A DNA stretch of 64,000 bases from the human T2T-CHM13v2.0 reference genome, Homo sapiens. The stretch lies in NCBI RefSeq assembly GCF_009914755.1, contig NC_060932.1, one strand, 5' to 3'. Of the stretch, positions 1 through 13,818 are shown in pieces. Each line of letters begins with the position of its first letter. The first letter of the stretch is position 1. The position numbers were made by a program, and so were the translations under genes. Below the pieces are notes generated by a model that worked only from the letters and a program-made list of their open reading frames with translations, ran no database searches and was not told where the DNA came from.

Positions 1-205
1 CCTCCACTTGTTTGTTTACTCAGGCCCTCAGTAGGTCGCTGATGCAACCCACACTGGGGAGGACCATCTGCGTTACTCAGTCCATTCATTCAAATGCGAA
101 CTGTGTCCAGAAACACCCTCTCCAGCATCCCCAGAAATAATGTTTAACCAGATATCTGGGCATTCCATGGCCCATTCAAGTTGAAACATAAACTTAACCA
201 TCACA
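1..205. mobile_element. MLT2-type ERVL LTR (partial)
   Basis: Ends ...ggcccattcaagttgaaacataaacttaaccatcaca, a typical MLT2 terminus. Confidence 0.75.
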
Positions 206-2641
206 GAAGGTGAGACTCATATTGATGGAAGTAACAAAATAGAAGGTCTTCACTATGTAACATTTTGTCCCTGGTTTATACAGGTCATACCTGTGAGTTT
301 TGGGGATCAAATGCCAGGCTCAGAAACTGGAAGTTAACCTCAATATCTGAGCCTTTGTCTGTGCCTTCCACTAACTGATGATCTCCTGGAAAATGCCTGT
401 GAACCTGGGCTTGTGGCAGGATAGCTCGTTGCTTTAGTGCCAACTGCTCCTCATCCCATCCGACAGGGCCAAAGCTGGCTTTGGCTGGGTAATGTTCTCA
501 TAAGCCGTATTTTCAGTGGAGCTTTGTACCTGTCACATGCTTGTGACAATTTTTAAAGAAAAAATTTGATATTCTTTTATTTTAAATGACTGTTATTAAG
601 CACTCTAAAAAGGCGAGTTTATTGGATAACTTCATATCCCTTTAAGATGACTTGTTCTTCCATGATGAAACCAATTTTTCTTTTTTTGAAAAGTCCTTGA
701 AGGTATACTCCATGCCCTTCTTAGAACTGCAACAAGTGATTTTTAAAAAAGTAAACTGTGATGTGTGGCTCATTATGAAAATGCTATATGAGTTACAACC
801 CAGTTTATTTTAGATGCAATTCAAATCCTACCTTTATAATTTTATAAAGAGCAATTTCAGTGTCTCTCTGTCTAGTAAGTGGTTGGCTTTCAGGTCAGGA
901 AAGAAACAACTACTCCAGCAACACATCACCCTTCAACTCCTCTTCCGTGCCTTGCACCAGCAAGCCTTCCCACTCAAGCAAAGTCACCATAAATTGGCAA
1001 TCCATTAACTAGTAGGTACTGTATGTTCCAGGAGTGCCACCTCTCCCTCCCGCACCCCATCGCATGGATACTTACTTTTTAATGTGTCAGGTAACAATGA
1101 GCTCCTTAAATTATTTGTCTGAATTTACTCTCTGTAAACTAGAAAGGGAACTACATACCAGGAAGGCCAACAACTCATAAATCTTCCTGGGGGTCAGGTC
1201 AACTTTTAGGAAGGAGTGGTTGAATCCAAGGATTGAGTGGATGGATTGGGTTTGAAAGAACCACTGCAGAGAATCTGAGAGAAAGCACTGATTGAGAATT
1301 ATATAAAGGAATTGCCAAGGAGCATTGAAGGCTCAATATTCTCCTTGAGTTGGAAAAAGAAAAAGTGTACAATGTTCAGTTATAAAAGATCTCCAGCAAT
1401 TTACCTCTTACTATGTGGCCTTGTTGAGATATTTGTATTAATTCTTGTTAAGGACTTTGTATTGACTATAGCCACATTTTGAACGGTCTGCTCCCACAGT
1501 ATACTGTTAATTGATAGAGTAGCCCAATAATGGTAGCTTCTGCTTTTCGGAACGACCTCTCTTTCTCCTCCTCTCTCTCCCTGTAAATATCACAGAAGAG
1601 AAAGAATAAGAGAACAGTGGATAGAATGTCTGTAATGATAAGAAGCATGCACTTCGTGTCATTTTATTCTTCTGAAATGTAGATTTCATGGCGACTCTTG
1701 AAAAGTAAAACATTTTTGAGTTCCTTTTCAGGTGGAGAATTGTTGGAAGTTCTTTGGATCTTGTGCTTTGTTAGTTAAATAGTTTTAGCGTTCCTTAGAA
1801 ACCAAAGAATTTTATAGACATCTTAGTTAGGAAATTTTGCGGAAAGTATTTCTTCATATACACGACACAGAGCAGAATTTTTAACTGAATTTATGTGAAA
1901 ATATTTTAGAACTGAGATTAAACTAGTATCATGACACATGATTTGCACATAAACAACTGATACAATACTTTTAAAGTATTCCTCTTTATATTTTCAAAGC
2001 AGGTCGTCTAAAGTATCTGTTTTTGTTTATTTATTTATTTTTTTTAGTGGGGACATTTAAAACAATCTCAATAAAACAAACCTAGGAGGACAAAAAAGTA
2101 TCAAGGAGCAGAAATTAAAGACCTTAAAATCCTATCTCAGAGAGGCAATTACTGTTAATATTTCCTTTCAATCTTTTTTCTATTCATGTTTTAGGTAGTT
2201 GCTATGACCCATGGTATCAGTCATGATAGACTTGGTTGTTATGTGGTAATACTCATCTCCAAGTTTTGATTGTGCAGGAGTACAGTTGCTTATTTCTCAC
2301 TTGTGTTACATGTCCTTTGCAGATTGATTGGAGACCCTGTAGCCATGTCATTATCACCTTTACTCAGAGTAATCACGATCTGGAACTTTTCTGGTTACCA
2401 CAGTAGGGTGAAAAGAGTGCACTGAATGGCCACACACTGGAAATTAAACATTTGCACAGGAAATGACACATAATGCTTATGCTCGCAAATCAATGGCAAG
2501 AATTGATCACTTGGCCTAATCCAACCACAAACCCCCATTATACCATGCATACTTTATTAAACAATGAAACTATTACTAAATAATACTTATAAAGCTTAGT
2601 TTGAGTTATTATATGAAACCCATAAAATTATATATCTTTTC

Positions 2642-2852
2642 TTTTCTTTTTTTTTTTTGAAACAGGGTCTCACTCTGTAGCCCAGGCTGGAATGCAGTGG
2701 TGAGATCTTGGCTCACTTCAACCTCTGCCACCCGTGTTGAAATGATTCTCCCACTTCAGCTTCCTAGGTAGCTGGGATTACAGGTGCGCGCCACCATGCC
2801 TGGCTAATTTTTGTATTTTTAGTAGGGACAGGGTTTCACTATGTTGGCCTGG
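2642..2852 (-). mobile_element. 5'-truncated Alu with TSD
   Basis: Alu right arm. TSD taaaattat(a/c)tatcttttc at 2623-2641 and 2858-2876. Confidence 0.92.
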
Positions 2853-3184
2853 TGGGTTAAAATTATCTATCTTTTCAAATTAGTCTATAGTCACACTTTC
2901 AATGAATTCCTATTGGATTGTCAAGGGTTTATTTGTATTGGTTACATTGATCGAATTTGGTGATGAAAAGGAATGTTTCCCCCAACTTTAAATGTTTCCT
3001 TTCATGAGGTGGGGATCCACCAGCTTGATGCTCTTGTCCTTATTTGATTGGTGAGCTTGGAAGGAGAAATTGGGCTCCATAGCCGAGGCCTTTCTGGTTC
3101 CTTTCTCTTGAGAGGGAGCTGCCTGTAGGAAGTGTTATCTGTTCTTCTCCCCATGGTGTTGGAGGCGGTCTACGCTGGTCTAGC

Positions 3185-3270
3185 TGGGGTGACCCATCAT
3201 CCAGGTTTGCTCAGGACTTAGGGGTTTCTTGGGATGTGGGGCTTTCAGTGCTAAAACAAGGATAGCATCT
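3185..3270. mobile_element. MER94-like hAT fragment
   Basis: ggggtgacccatcatccaggtttgctcaggact...cagtgctaaaac resembles MER94. Confidence 0.5.
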
Positions 3271-3987
3271 TCTTGTGATTGCCTGGTAAAATATGGAAAA
3301 TTTTGGGATCCAAGACGAGGAAGCCTATTTGTTCCATCATCTTAGCCGCCACATTCTCTACTATAATATTTATCAGTAATAAAGATGATAATTTAGCCTC
3401 TCATTAAAGAGAGGTTTTACTTTCATTTCTCAATTGTCTCAGAACCCAGGCCAGTAAGAGAGATGCTCTTTAGGGAGCCTCTTAAACCTGAATGCTGGGA
3501 TTAGCACAGTCCTCATTTGCCCTTTTCCCACATAGATCGTACCATGGATGGATCTGGCAGCCTCCACAAATAATGAATCCAGATCTGAAGTTGCACTTCT
3601 CCAAGATAAACATCCTATGGGACTAATAAACTTGATCTAGTTGAGGTCTAAGATCAGAGTTTATTTATCTATTTGGCTTCTGTAGTGTAATTTCTCCAAA
3701 GCTCAATAATGTTTAGATAAACAGATGCGTTGTGACTAAGCGGGAGGGGGTCAGATCAAAGTAGAAGCAGAAGGGCAGGGTGAGAGGAAATCAGTCAAGA
3801 GGATGAGAAGGAGGACAGTCACTAGGACAGCCACTTCACTTTGACGAGGGTCCAGGTGGTGGGCAAATCACAGGGCAATTTCTGATTCTTGAGTGCATGA
3901 GGCACCCTTGACACTATAGCTGAATTCACTTCAAACATGGAGAACTGAGGGAAGCAGCAATAAGCCAGTGGATTCACTCCTGCTTTT

Positions 3988-4303
<316 letters not shown>

Positions 4304-6554
4304 ATACTCCTGCTTTTTAGGCAGAAACATTGTCTGTCACATATGCAGATTTGTTTTACTTCCATAAATCACCAAATATTTCAGTTCAAGCAAGAATAAC
4401 AAGAAACAAAACCTCCTTTGAACATTTAAATGTTCATCTGCTCTGCATATTTGTGTACTTGTCAGTTTTACAAATAAGGTCCCTTAAATATTTTTAAGAA
4501 TTACCATGGTTGGTGTTCAGCTGCTTTTACCATGTCCTTGCAATGGTGACATGCATAAAGTTTGGCAACTGGGATAGCACAGGCCCAGGCCAATCAGCAC
4601 AGATACTAGGTACAGATCACTGGTATGGCCCTGCAGGTGCATGCAAGCTGCAAACCAGCCCTATACATATGGGAATATGTGAATTGTCTTGTTAATACCT
4701 CTCTGCGGGTAACTTGGATTCCTAAATTTTCTGGCTAATTCAGAGTCTCCTAATCTAACCTACTCTCTGGAACACTAAGCTTCCTATCTTTTTATTTTTC
4801 CTTCTTCTAGCAAGGGATTTCTCAAAGAGTGATGCTCTAGACACTTTGTTACTCGGACCTGTTGAGTTGGAATTCCTGGGGTGGGGGCTAGATGTCTGTC
4901 TGTTCACAGCCTCCTCAGATGACTCTGATGTAGCTCACCAAAGTGGGAGGACCCCTCTCCATGTGACTTTCTCCATTTATAAAGGGACACTTGGAATGTG
5001 ACTGCATATACCTCCAGCTGTCCTGCTCTCCCCTGCCTTTCATTTTATAATTTTCTCTCCTAAAGGTTGACCCTTATTATTGTTTGACATTTTGAGATCA
5101 TCAAACATAATCTAAGCAATCATTCTTTTCATTGTCTCAGAAGCAGTCAAGTTTATTGAGAGTAAACATAAGCCTTTTCCAAAGATAAGACGCACAGACA
5201 TAGTCTTTGGTCTCATTTTCTTGTCTGCAGAGGAGATTTTTCTCTTTTAAAACTCTACAGATTAAAAAAAAGATGAAGAAGGGAAATCAGCCTCCCCCAG
5301 TCCCAATCCATTTCTCCCTCCCCTTTTCTGGAGGGAAGGTGGGAATGAGGTGCTAATTCTTTTGTTAGAAACAGTAAAGGCAGGTGTTAGTTTTCCTCCC
5401 CACTGCCCCCTGCACCCGCCCCCCCCGCCCCACCCCCCCGATCAATTTCATGGTCAATGAGTTTATGCACATATTTATTTTACTTTAGGCAAAGGTAATC
5501 AACAAGGCTGGTGGTTTCTGTAACTGTTGATCAATGTCTGGTTTTAAAGCAGGTTTTAGGATCTTCTCGCAGTTTGTGGGGTTAGAATGATGTTAGCTAC
5601 GTTCATGAGTTTGCTGTCAGATGTCAAAAATGCCCACCATGTCTTCTAAAATGGATCCCAAATAGACCTGTGGAAGAATTTCAGACAGAGACCTTTGCAG
5701 ACCAACCAAGCTAGATGTGAGCATGATTTCCATGGACAAGCAGGTACCACACCATTTCTAAGTTGCCTGCTTTATGCCAGTGCTCTGGGGATCTAGGAGA
5801 AGGTAAGAATGGGTTCTTGATCTTTCAGTGAAACAGAAGATAAATGATCAATATGCATGAAATCAGAGAAAAACAACAAAAGGCAGCAGAAGATTCTATT
5901 ATCCAAATCATAGGTGCTGTAGGAGCTCAAAGGAGGGAGGAACCACTAGGCACTAGAGTGGAAAGGCAAAGTTTCTCTGGGAAGATAAACATGAACTTCA
6001 CCTTGAAGGATGTGAGAGGGCAGAGGGGAAAAGGGAAGAAAGACATTTTTGACTCAGGAGAACCTGAACAAGACTGGTCTGTGTGGGGATCAGCCTGCCC
6101 ACAGCCAGGGCTCACTTTGGGGTCTGTGGGGAACAGGCTGAGAGAACCCCAAAAGACACGCAGAGAGGCTAGAAGCAAACAAAACAGGACATAGAAGTCC
6201 AATGTTTCCCAATGGGAGAAGTGATGTGTTTCGAGAAGAACTTTTGTGGTCTAGGTGAAAATTGCTTTATGACCCCGGATTTCACTGCAGTTTAACAACT
6301 TAGCAACTACATTGCTGAGCTTTTAGGAGCTGCACTTCCACTCAGAGCTGCATCTCCCTCTTCGACTTACTTTCCTGATTTTTTGTAGCCGTTACTTATG
6401 TCTAGGCTTTGACCAGTCAGAAAGGATGTGGCCTTTTGTTGAAGCAAGTTTCTAAGGCTGGTCCAGGTGCTCACCCTTCAGTTGCTGGATCATGGGAAGT
6501 GTGGGTGGCTCTAGGACTATGTTTGGGAGAGGAGAGTCATAGAACTCTCTCTCT

Positions 6555-6682
6555 CTCTTTTTAAGAGATGGAGTCTCACTATGTTACCTAGGTTAGTCTT
6601 AAACTTCTGGCCTCAAGCAGTCCTTCTACTTCAGCCTACCAAGTGGCTGGGATGATAGATGAGGGCCACCATGTCTAGCTTC
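6555..6682 (-). mobile_element. FLAM/Alu monomer
   Basis: Diverged left-arm monomer sequence. Confidence 0.75.
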
Positions 6683-6952
6683 ATTAACCATTCTTTAAAA
6701 CCAACCATTAGGGACATATTGAAATATTTTAACAGCTATTGCAGCTGTACTGAAGGAGACTGATGAGTTAGTTTTCATTGATATTTAGTTCTTGGTGATA
6801 AGTTTCTCTCACTTGATAGTGAAAGTAGAGTGGAGAGACTGACTGATCTAAATCATACAACAATAAAAGATAAAATCATGGTCCTGTATTAGATTTATCC
6901 TTTGGTCTCTAGCTCCTATTTTTAACTTGTTAAAAGATTTCCTGAATTTCAA

Positions 6953-7381
6953 TTTACAATAGCAAAGACATGGAATCAACCTAAATGCCCATCAATGGTA
7001 GACTGGATAAAGAAAATGTGGTACATATACACCATGGAATATTATGCAGCCATAAAAAATAATGAGATCATGTCCTTTGCAGGAACATGGCTGGAGCTGG
7101 AGGCCATCATCCTTAGCAAACCAACGTAGGAACATAAAACCAACTACCACATATTTTCACTTATAAATGAGAGCTAAATGATAAGAACACATGGAAACAT
7201 GGTGGGGAATAACACACACCGTGTAGGGTGGGAGGAGGGAGAGGATCAGGAAAAATAACTAATGTGTACTAGGTTGAATACCTGGGCAATGAAATAATCT
7301 ATATAACAAACCCCCATGATGTGAGTTTACCTGTGTAACAAACTTGCACATGTACCCCTGAACTTAAAGCTAAAAATAAAT
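6953..7381 (+). mobile_element. L1PA (older primate) 3' end
   Basis: ORF2 tail (acaatagcaaagacatggaatcaacctaaatgccc) plus 3' UTR ending tgtacccctgaacttaaa. Confidence 0.9.
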
Positions 7382-7619
7382 GTGAGGAAGAATAAATTGT
7401 TCTGTCTCAAAAAAATATTTTTCAGGAAACGTTTGAATGGGAATGGGAGAGGAGAGCAGAAATGGGAAGGAAAAAGAAGATTCCAGAGCAGTAACGTAAT
7501 TAAACATTCTCAATCCACAAATGACTGCAAAGCAGGTAACTCCAGGTCTGCTGGGAAGCCAAGCTTGGGAGGTATTTGCACCGATGAAGAACTCTTTTTT
7601 TTTTCTGGAGTTGAAGGCT

Positions 7620-7845
7620 TTTATTTTATTTTATTTATTATTATTATACTTTAAGTTTTAGGGTACATGTGCACAATGTGCAGGTTAGTTACATATGTTT
7701 ACATGTGCCATGCTGGTGTGCTGCATCCATTAACTCGTCATTTAGCATTAGGTATATCTCCTAATGCTATGCCTCCCCCCTCCCCCCACCCCACAACAGT
7801 CCCCAGAGTGTGATGTTCCCCTTCCTGTGTCCATGTGTTCTCATT
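7620..7845 (-). mobile_element. Short L1PA 3' end
   Basis: ttatactttaagttttagggtacatgtgcacaatgtgcagg...ccatgtgttctcatt. Confidence 0.93.
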
Positions 7846-10800
7846 CTTGCAGCATCTCATTGTTGAATGGATGAATGAATGGTGAATAGATTAAAAAAAA
7901 GGATAGGGGCCTGAAGAGGGAGTTCAGAGACCAAGCTCTAGCTCTAGAGTGAATAGGCAGAGCTTCTCTGAGAAGATGAACATGAGCTTCACCTTGAAAG
8001 ATTTGAGAGGGCAGAGGGCAAAAGGGAGGACACTGTTGGCCCAGGAGAACCTGAACAAGGCTGGTCTGTGTGGGGAACATCTACTAGACAGCTGTGGAAT
8101 CATGGGCAGTCTATTTTTCTGGAATTTTCTGGAACCAGCGGCAAATTTATCTTTATGGAACTTATTTCCTTGGGGATAATTATTCCTCAAATGGGGATAA
8201 TTATTTCTGCACTCCCCGGGGGGAGGGGGGTGTTGTGGGATCCGATGTGATAGTGACTCTGTGCACTTGTGAGCATTAAAAGCTTCAGGCAAGAATAAGA
8301 TTCTTCATGTCCTTCCGCTCTAGCTTGCTTTGTAACTTTCTGTGTGTTTTCCAGATAACCAGAGTCCTGATGATTAACTGCCGTCAGTGGAACTGCCTGT
8401 TTTTCCTCAAGTGGATCTTTCCTTCTATGCAAAAGCAGTTGAAGTGGGTGTCTGTACGCTGCGTCCTAGCCCTGTGCCGATTTCCTATTGAGGTCAGTGG
8501 GCCTTTGTCGCGGAGTGGAGATCTTGGGGTGTCTCATGGACTTTGAGCTCCAAGGCCTGGAGGGGCTTCTTGGGCAGTTATCACATGTGCTGTCCTGTCA
8601 TCTGATGTTTCCTGGGGTCATGGTTGCATGGAGACCTGGGAAAAGAGACCGTTGACCACAAGAGGCCCGAGGCCTCTGACCACTGACCAGGAGCTTGAAT
8701 TTCTCCCAGGCAGACGGCCCCTGGTAACCTGAACAATCTGGGAGATGAGTTGGATATTAGAGGGGCCTCCCACGCAGGTTGAGTCACGGAGCAGCCAGAA
8801 TGTCCTCCTGTGCGAGGGCTATTTGTGACCTGGGGTCAAGATTGTTCTGACTTCAGTTTCCTTTACTTTCATAATCATTTCCTGGCAGTCCTCTCCCTGA
8901 AATAAGAAATACCAGCTTCTGTTTATGGAACTTGTGGGCCAACTTAGATATATTGGGGTCCTGATGCTCTCAGCAGGGGAACATCATGTTGGTAACACTC
9001 AACCAAGAACCCGTGTGAATGTCAGGCAAATGGTAGAGGAGCTTGGATATGGAACTAGAACATCCAAGTCCAAGTTCTAGCTGTGACACTCACTCTGTAC
9101 CTGTGAATGCCGGGGAAGCCCGGCAAGCCACTCAAAGCCTTACGAGCTGCACTTTCCTTATCTTACAGTGGAAATGAGAATCTTTGTTCCCTGAAGTTTG
9201 TCATAAACATCAAACTGGATGTTTGAGGAAGTATTTTCAAATCAAGTCACCACCAGTGGTGTAGGGTAAGGGTTTTTTTCCTTATGGCAATATGAGGGGT
9301 GCATTGGGGAAAAGGGGAGCATTAGCTCCTCAGATATCATGAAACTTTTGGGATATTGTCAGAGCCCCAAGGATATCACAGGGTCAGCTTGGCTAGTCCC
9401 GCAAACCTCTGAGAAGTATGTTCTGCTGGATGGGCAAGCAGGTCCTCAGGGTAAAAGAGGAGGAAGTGGATTAAGCAGCGTGGTCTTTAGACACACCTGG
9501 GAATTATTCGTGTTGCCAGGGAAGGGGTTGGCACTGCTGCTATTTCTCTTTTCCCTTTGCAGGCTGGCCTCATGGGTGTGCAGATGTTTTTTTCAGGGCT
9601 AGTGTGATGGAATGGTGGTGGAACTTAGTGTGAACACGCCGTGGTGTGTGAGCTTTTCACGTTCTAGTCTAGAGACAGCCGAGGCTGTTTTTGAAGAAGG
9701 GAAAGCTGGCTCATGTGTGACTGTTCACTTACCTGCCCTTAATCTCACTTCCAGAAAAGGTAAAATTGCTCCGCTCCCAGAAGGTGCCAGCAAGGAGCTC
9801 GCTCCTGGGTTGGTTCAGGGTTGTGTCTCAATGGGCATCTTTTCAGAGCTAGGTTGGAGCCAAAATCTACTTTGCTGAGTCCTCTTTTCTAGGTGTGTTC
9901 AAAGGGATATAAAATCCATGTTTGGGACCCGTTACACTTGTTCACCACGGACCATTTGGCAATCATTTTTATCCCAGAATGATTTCCTGCCTTAGAGTGA
10001 GGCCCATCCAGGGCAGTGGGATTTCCTCTTTGCTCTGCTCTTGTCTTGCAGAGTGACCTGGGTTGACCTATCTGTCCTTTCTGTTACTCATATCTTTAGC
10101 CTTAAAAGATCATGTCCTTTTAATTTAAAAAACAAAGCCAAACAACCCTCCCACTACAAACCACTAATCTTTCAAAACAGAAAAAAAATGTGTCTTTTGA
10201 AAAGAGGAAATTGCTTTTTATTAGGTGTAAAAACCAACAAAAAAAGCTCCCAACATCTCCAGAGGCCTGGGAGTTGCCATGAACCGCTGACCCCATTCTG
10301 TTAGGTTGGCAAACAGCCTCCCCAAGCCCGCCATCCAAGCAAAACGGTGAGCTTGACTTGTGCCACAGAACAGCCTTGCCTCACATCAAGACATGTTTCC
10401 ACATCCTCTGGAGGGTGCCAGCGTAGCCTTGGCACATGTCTTTTATAAGGGACATTCATTTGTAAATTCAAAAATATGCTGGAGTGACCTTGAAGGACAG
10501 TAGTGTAATCACATCATTTAAGAGATGAAGAAACTGCAGCTCAGAAAAGGAGTCATTTGCTCAAGCCACATGTGGGTCTGTGGAAGACCTGGGACTGGAA
10601 CCTCATCCTTCAGAGCAATGCTGTTGCCACTAAGTCCTTGGAGACTTGAGAAGAACTTTCCAGGTGGTGGCGCATAGTCACTGCTCACCAAACCTTCCGG
10701 GTGTCCCCCAGTATTCCTTAGTAGTCAGGTTGGGGCTGCGTGACTAGACCTGGATAATGACGTCCCAGCGGAAGTGAATAAGAAGTTAACCTGTGTTGTG

Positions 10801-11180
10801 TTGGGCCATTGAGATTTTGAGGTATTTTTATTACTGTAGCATAACCTAACTTTATGCAGATCTATACAAAAACTAACTTTGCAAAACCATCTCAGAAGAG
10901 CTGACTCTGAAGGTAGAACAATGTCTCACTCAAGGATTGATATCTTTTATTGAATGGGGGGCAGGATAGCGTTATAGTTTTGAGACTTTGCTTTCTAAAG
11001 CTTGGGCGTCTGGATACTAAGATGTGTATCTCACATCCACCACTTATTAGCTGTATGATTTTGAGCAATTGACTTTACTTATTGTGCCTCAGTTCCTCAT
11101 CTATATAATGGGAATAACAATGATGACTCTATCATTGACTTGTTGGGAGGATCTGAGAGGATAACACATGGAAAGCTCTT

Positions 11181-11476
11181 TTTTTTTTTTTTTTTTTTGA
11201 GACAGTCTCACTCTGTCACCCAGGCTGGAGTGGAGTGGCATGATCTCGGCTCACTGCAACCTCCTCTTCCTGGGTTCAAGCGATTCTCCTGCCTCAGATT
11301 CCTGAGTAGATGGGATTACAGGTGCCTGCTACTATGCCTGGCTAATTTTGGTATTTTTAGTAGAGACGGGGTTTCACCATGTTGGCCAGGCTGGTCTTGA
11401 ACTCCTGACCTCAGGTGATCCACCCACTTAGGCCTCCCAAAGTGCTGGGATTACAGGCATGAGCCACCACGCCGGG
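11181..11476 (-). mobile_element. Alu (S-like)
   Basis: Full dimeric Alu with poly(T) on +. Confidence 0.95.
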
Positions 11477-11736
11477 TCCCCTTCCTCCATCTTAAACCCA
11501 GCTGTGAGGTATCTTCAAGCCTCTCTCTGCTCTCGTCATGAAGCTGTCCTCTCTCTCAGCATCTGTCTACTGCTTGCCTCTTATATGGGCCCTTGTGGGT
11601 ATACTTATATACACTCCCCATCTGCAAAGTCTCTTTTGCCATATAAGCAACATATTCACAGGTTCCAGGGATTAGGATGTGGATATCTGGGAGAGAGGGA
11701 AGTGTTTCAACCTACTGCAAGGAACATGATTGAATT

Positions 11737-11878
11737 TTTTCTTTTCTTTTCTTTTTTTTTTTTGAGATGGGGTGTCGCTATGTTGCCCAGGTTGGTCTTG
11801 AACTCCTTGGCTCAAGCAGTCTTCCCACCTTCACCTCCCAAGTAGCTGGGATTACAGGCATGAGCCACCATGCCCAAC
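11737..11878 (-). mobile_element. FLAM/Alu monomer
   Basis: Left-arm monomer with T-rich tail. Confidence 0.85.
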
Positions 11879-12108
11879 TGAATATTTTTCTCAAAGGGAT
11901 TTTGCAAGGGTGGAAGTAAGAAAAGCAATTAGGGAGCTATTTCAATCATCCAAGTGAGAATTTATGGTGGCTCCCATCAAACCCATAGCAGTGGGGGTAG
12001 TTAGAGGAGGCAGGACCCTGGATATATTTCTGATATAGTGTGAACATTATCTCATAATGGGTAGGGTGTGTGAGATTTGAGAGAAACAGAAAAGTTAATA
12101 ATCCAAAG

Positions 12109-12410
<302 letters not shown>

Positions 12411-13702
12411 AGCACATGGAAAGCTCTTATCGCAGTACCTAGTGCAAAGTAAGCTTTCAATATATATAAGCTCATATTATTTACTGAAGATACACACCCT
12501 GAAAAAGGCATTGGCCAGATTTTTCAGATGCTTTAGGAATGAATTGACTTAAATTCTATCTTCAAGGTACTTGTCATGTATTATAATGCAGTACCCCAGC
12601 AGCTGGATGCATACCCATGGAAGATAAATCCCAGTTTACAGCCATGGAAAACATGGACCCTCTGAGCACCACAGTTGTGGGTTGTATCAGAGAGCCCCAA
12701 GTTCCAACTTCTTTATGTGACAGCTTCACCCAAGTTCCTGGAGTCTCTAGGATGGTGTTGGAGTGTGTCTCACAGAGGAACACATTCAATTTTAGTACTG
12801 ACAAATATTTGTTCTTCGTAAAAGATTGGTATTTGAGCTTAGGTTCTCTGGTAGCCAATATAAGTAGAAGATTTCAACATACCTAAGGGCCATGGTTGAA
12901 ATTAATGAGTACTCTTCTTTGGGAAAAAAAAGTCTTACAAGGGAAAAATAATAAAACACTACATAAAATTCTGTTTCCAAATAAATGGATCACATGCCCT
13001 GGCTTTACTAAATGCCTAGAGAAATATTTATTTATTGAAACACATCAACTACTCTACTACTGTGAGGCTGGCGTTGGTCTGGGGAGGTGGGGGCAGGAAT
13101 GCAGGGCTTCAGTGTATCTCGCATGTCATCTGGAACCGCCTGTCCTCTATCTTCCAGCACTGTCCCTGGCCCCACATGCCGGTCAGAATGACTCTTAGGA
13201 ATCTTTACTTTTGACTTTAGTCATTTTCTACATACTGAAAAGGAAAGAAAAAAAATCAAAATATCAGAATTGCCCTGGGCCTTAATTTCTGGAATGGAGT
13301 TTGTGACTGGCAGAGCATGTTCCTTTGTTTCTAAGTTCTATCCCAACCTGAAACGCAGCTCAAAAATGAGCAATTCGTTTTCTGAACCTCTTCAATGTGG
13401 GGTGGGTTTTTTTTGTTGTTGTTGTTTTTTTTTTTAAATAGGAAAGGCCCATTGTGACTAATGACACACACAGGCTAATTCCTCCTCACATTTCCCAGCA
13501 GTATCCTCTGTTGTGTGAACCAGTTCGTTGTCAGAAATATTCACAACCTGAGCATTTTCATCAGATAAAAAACAACCTGTTTATGAGATGAACTTAGCAG
13601 GAGTCTTCCTGTTTCAGTTTCTTCCTGGGACTTTTTTTTTAAACTAGATAAAAAGAATCTTTAAAATGACGTTTTAAAAGAAATTGTTAGAAGATAAATC
13701 TG

Positions 13703-13818
13703 AGCTAGGCATGGTGGCTCAAGCCTGTAATCCCAGCTACATGGGAGGGTGAGGCAGGAAGAGGATCACTTGAGCCCAGAAGTTGAGAACAGCCCGGGCA
13801 ACATAGCAAGACCCTCTC
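13703..13818 (+). mobile_element. FLAM/Alu monomer
   Basis: gctaggcatggtggctcaagcctgtaatcccagc...gcaagaccc. Confidence 0.85.

Noticed and set aside
5844-8179. Paralogous-looking peptides (RQSFS.K.NM.FTLKD.RGQR.KG)
   Set aside because: Similarity follows from the nucleotide duplication; frames diverge after the indel and there is no splice or start context.
8171-8208. 21-bp period duplication tggggataattatt
   Set aside because: Two-copy slippage repeat; similar micro-duplications at ~52688-52720 and in the LTR at ~54925-54980 are ordinary.
9935-9960. Partial REST/RE1-like motif (ttcaccacggacca)
   Set aside because: Left half lacks CAGC and the right half breaks after GGAC.
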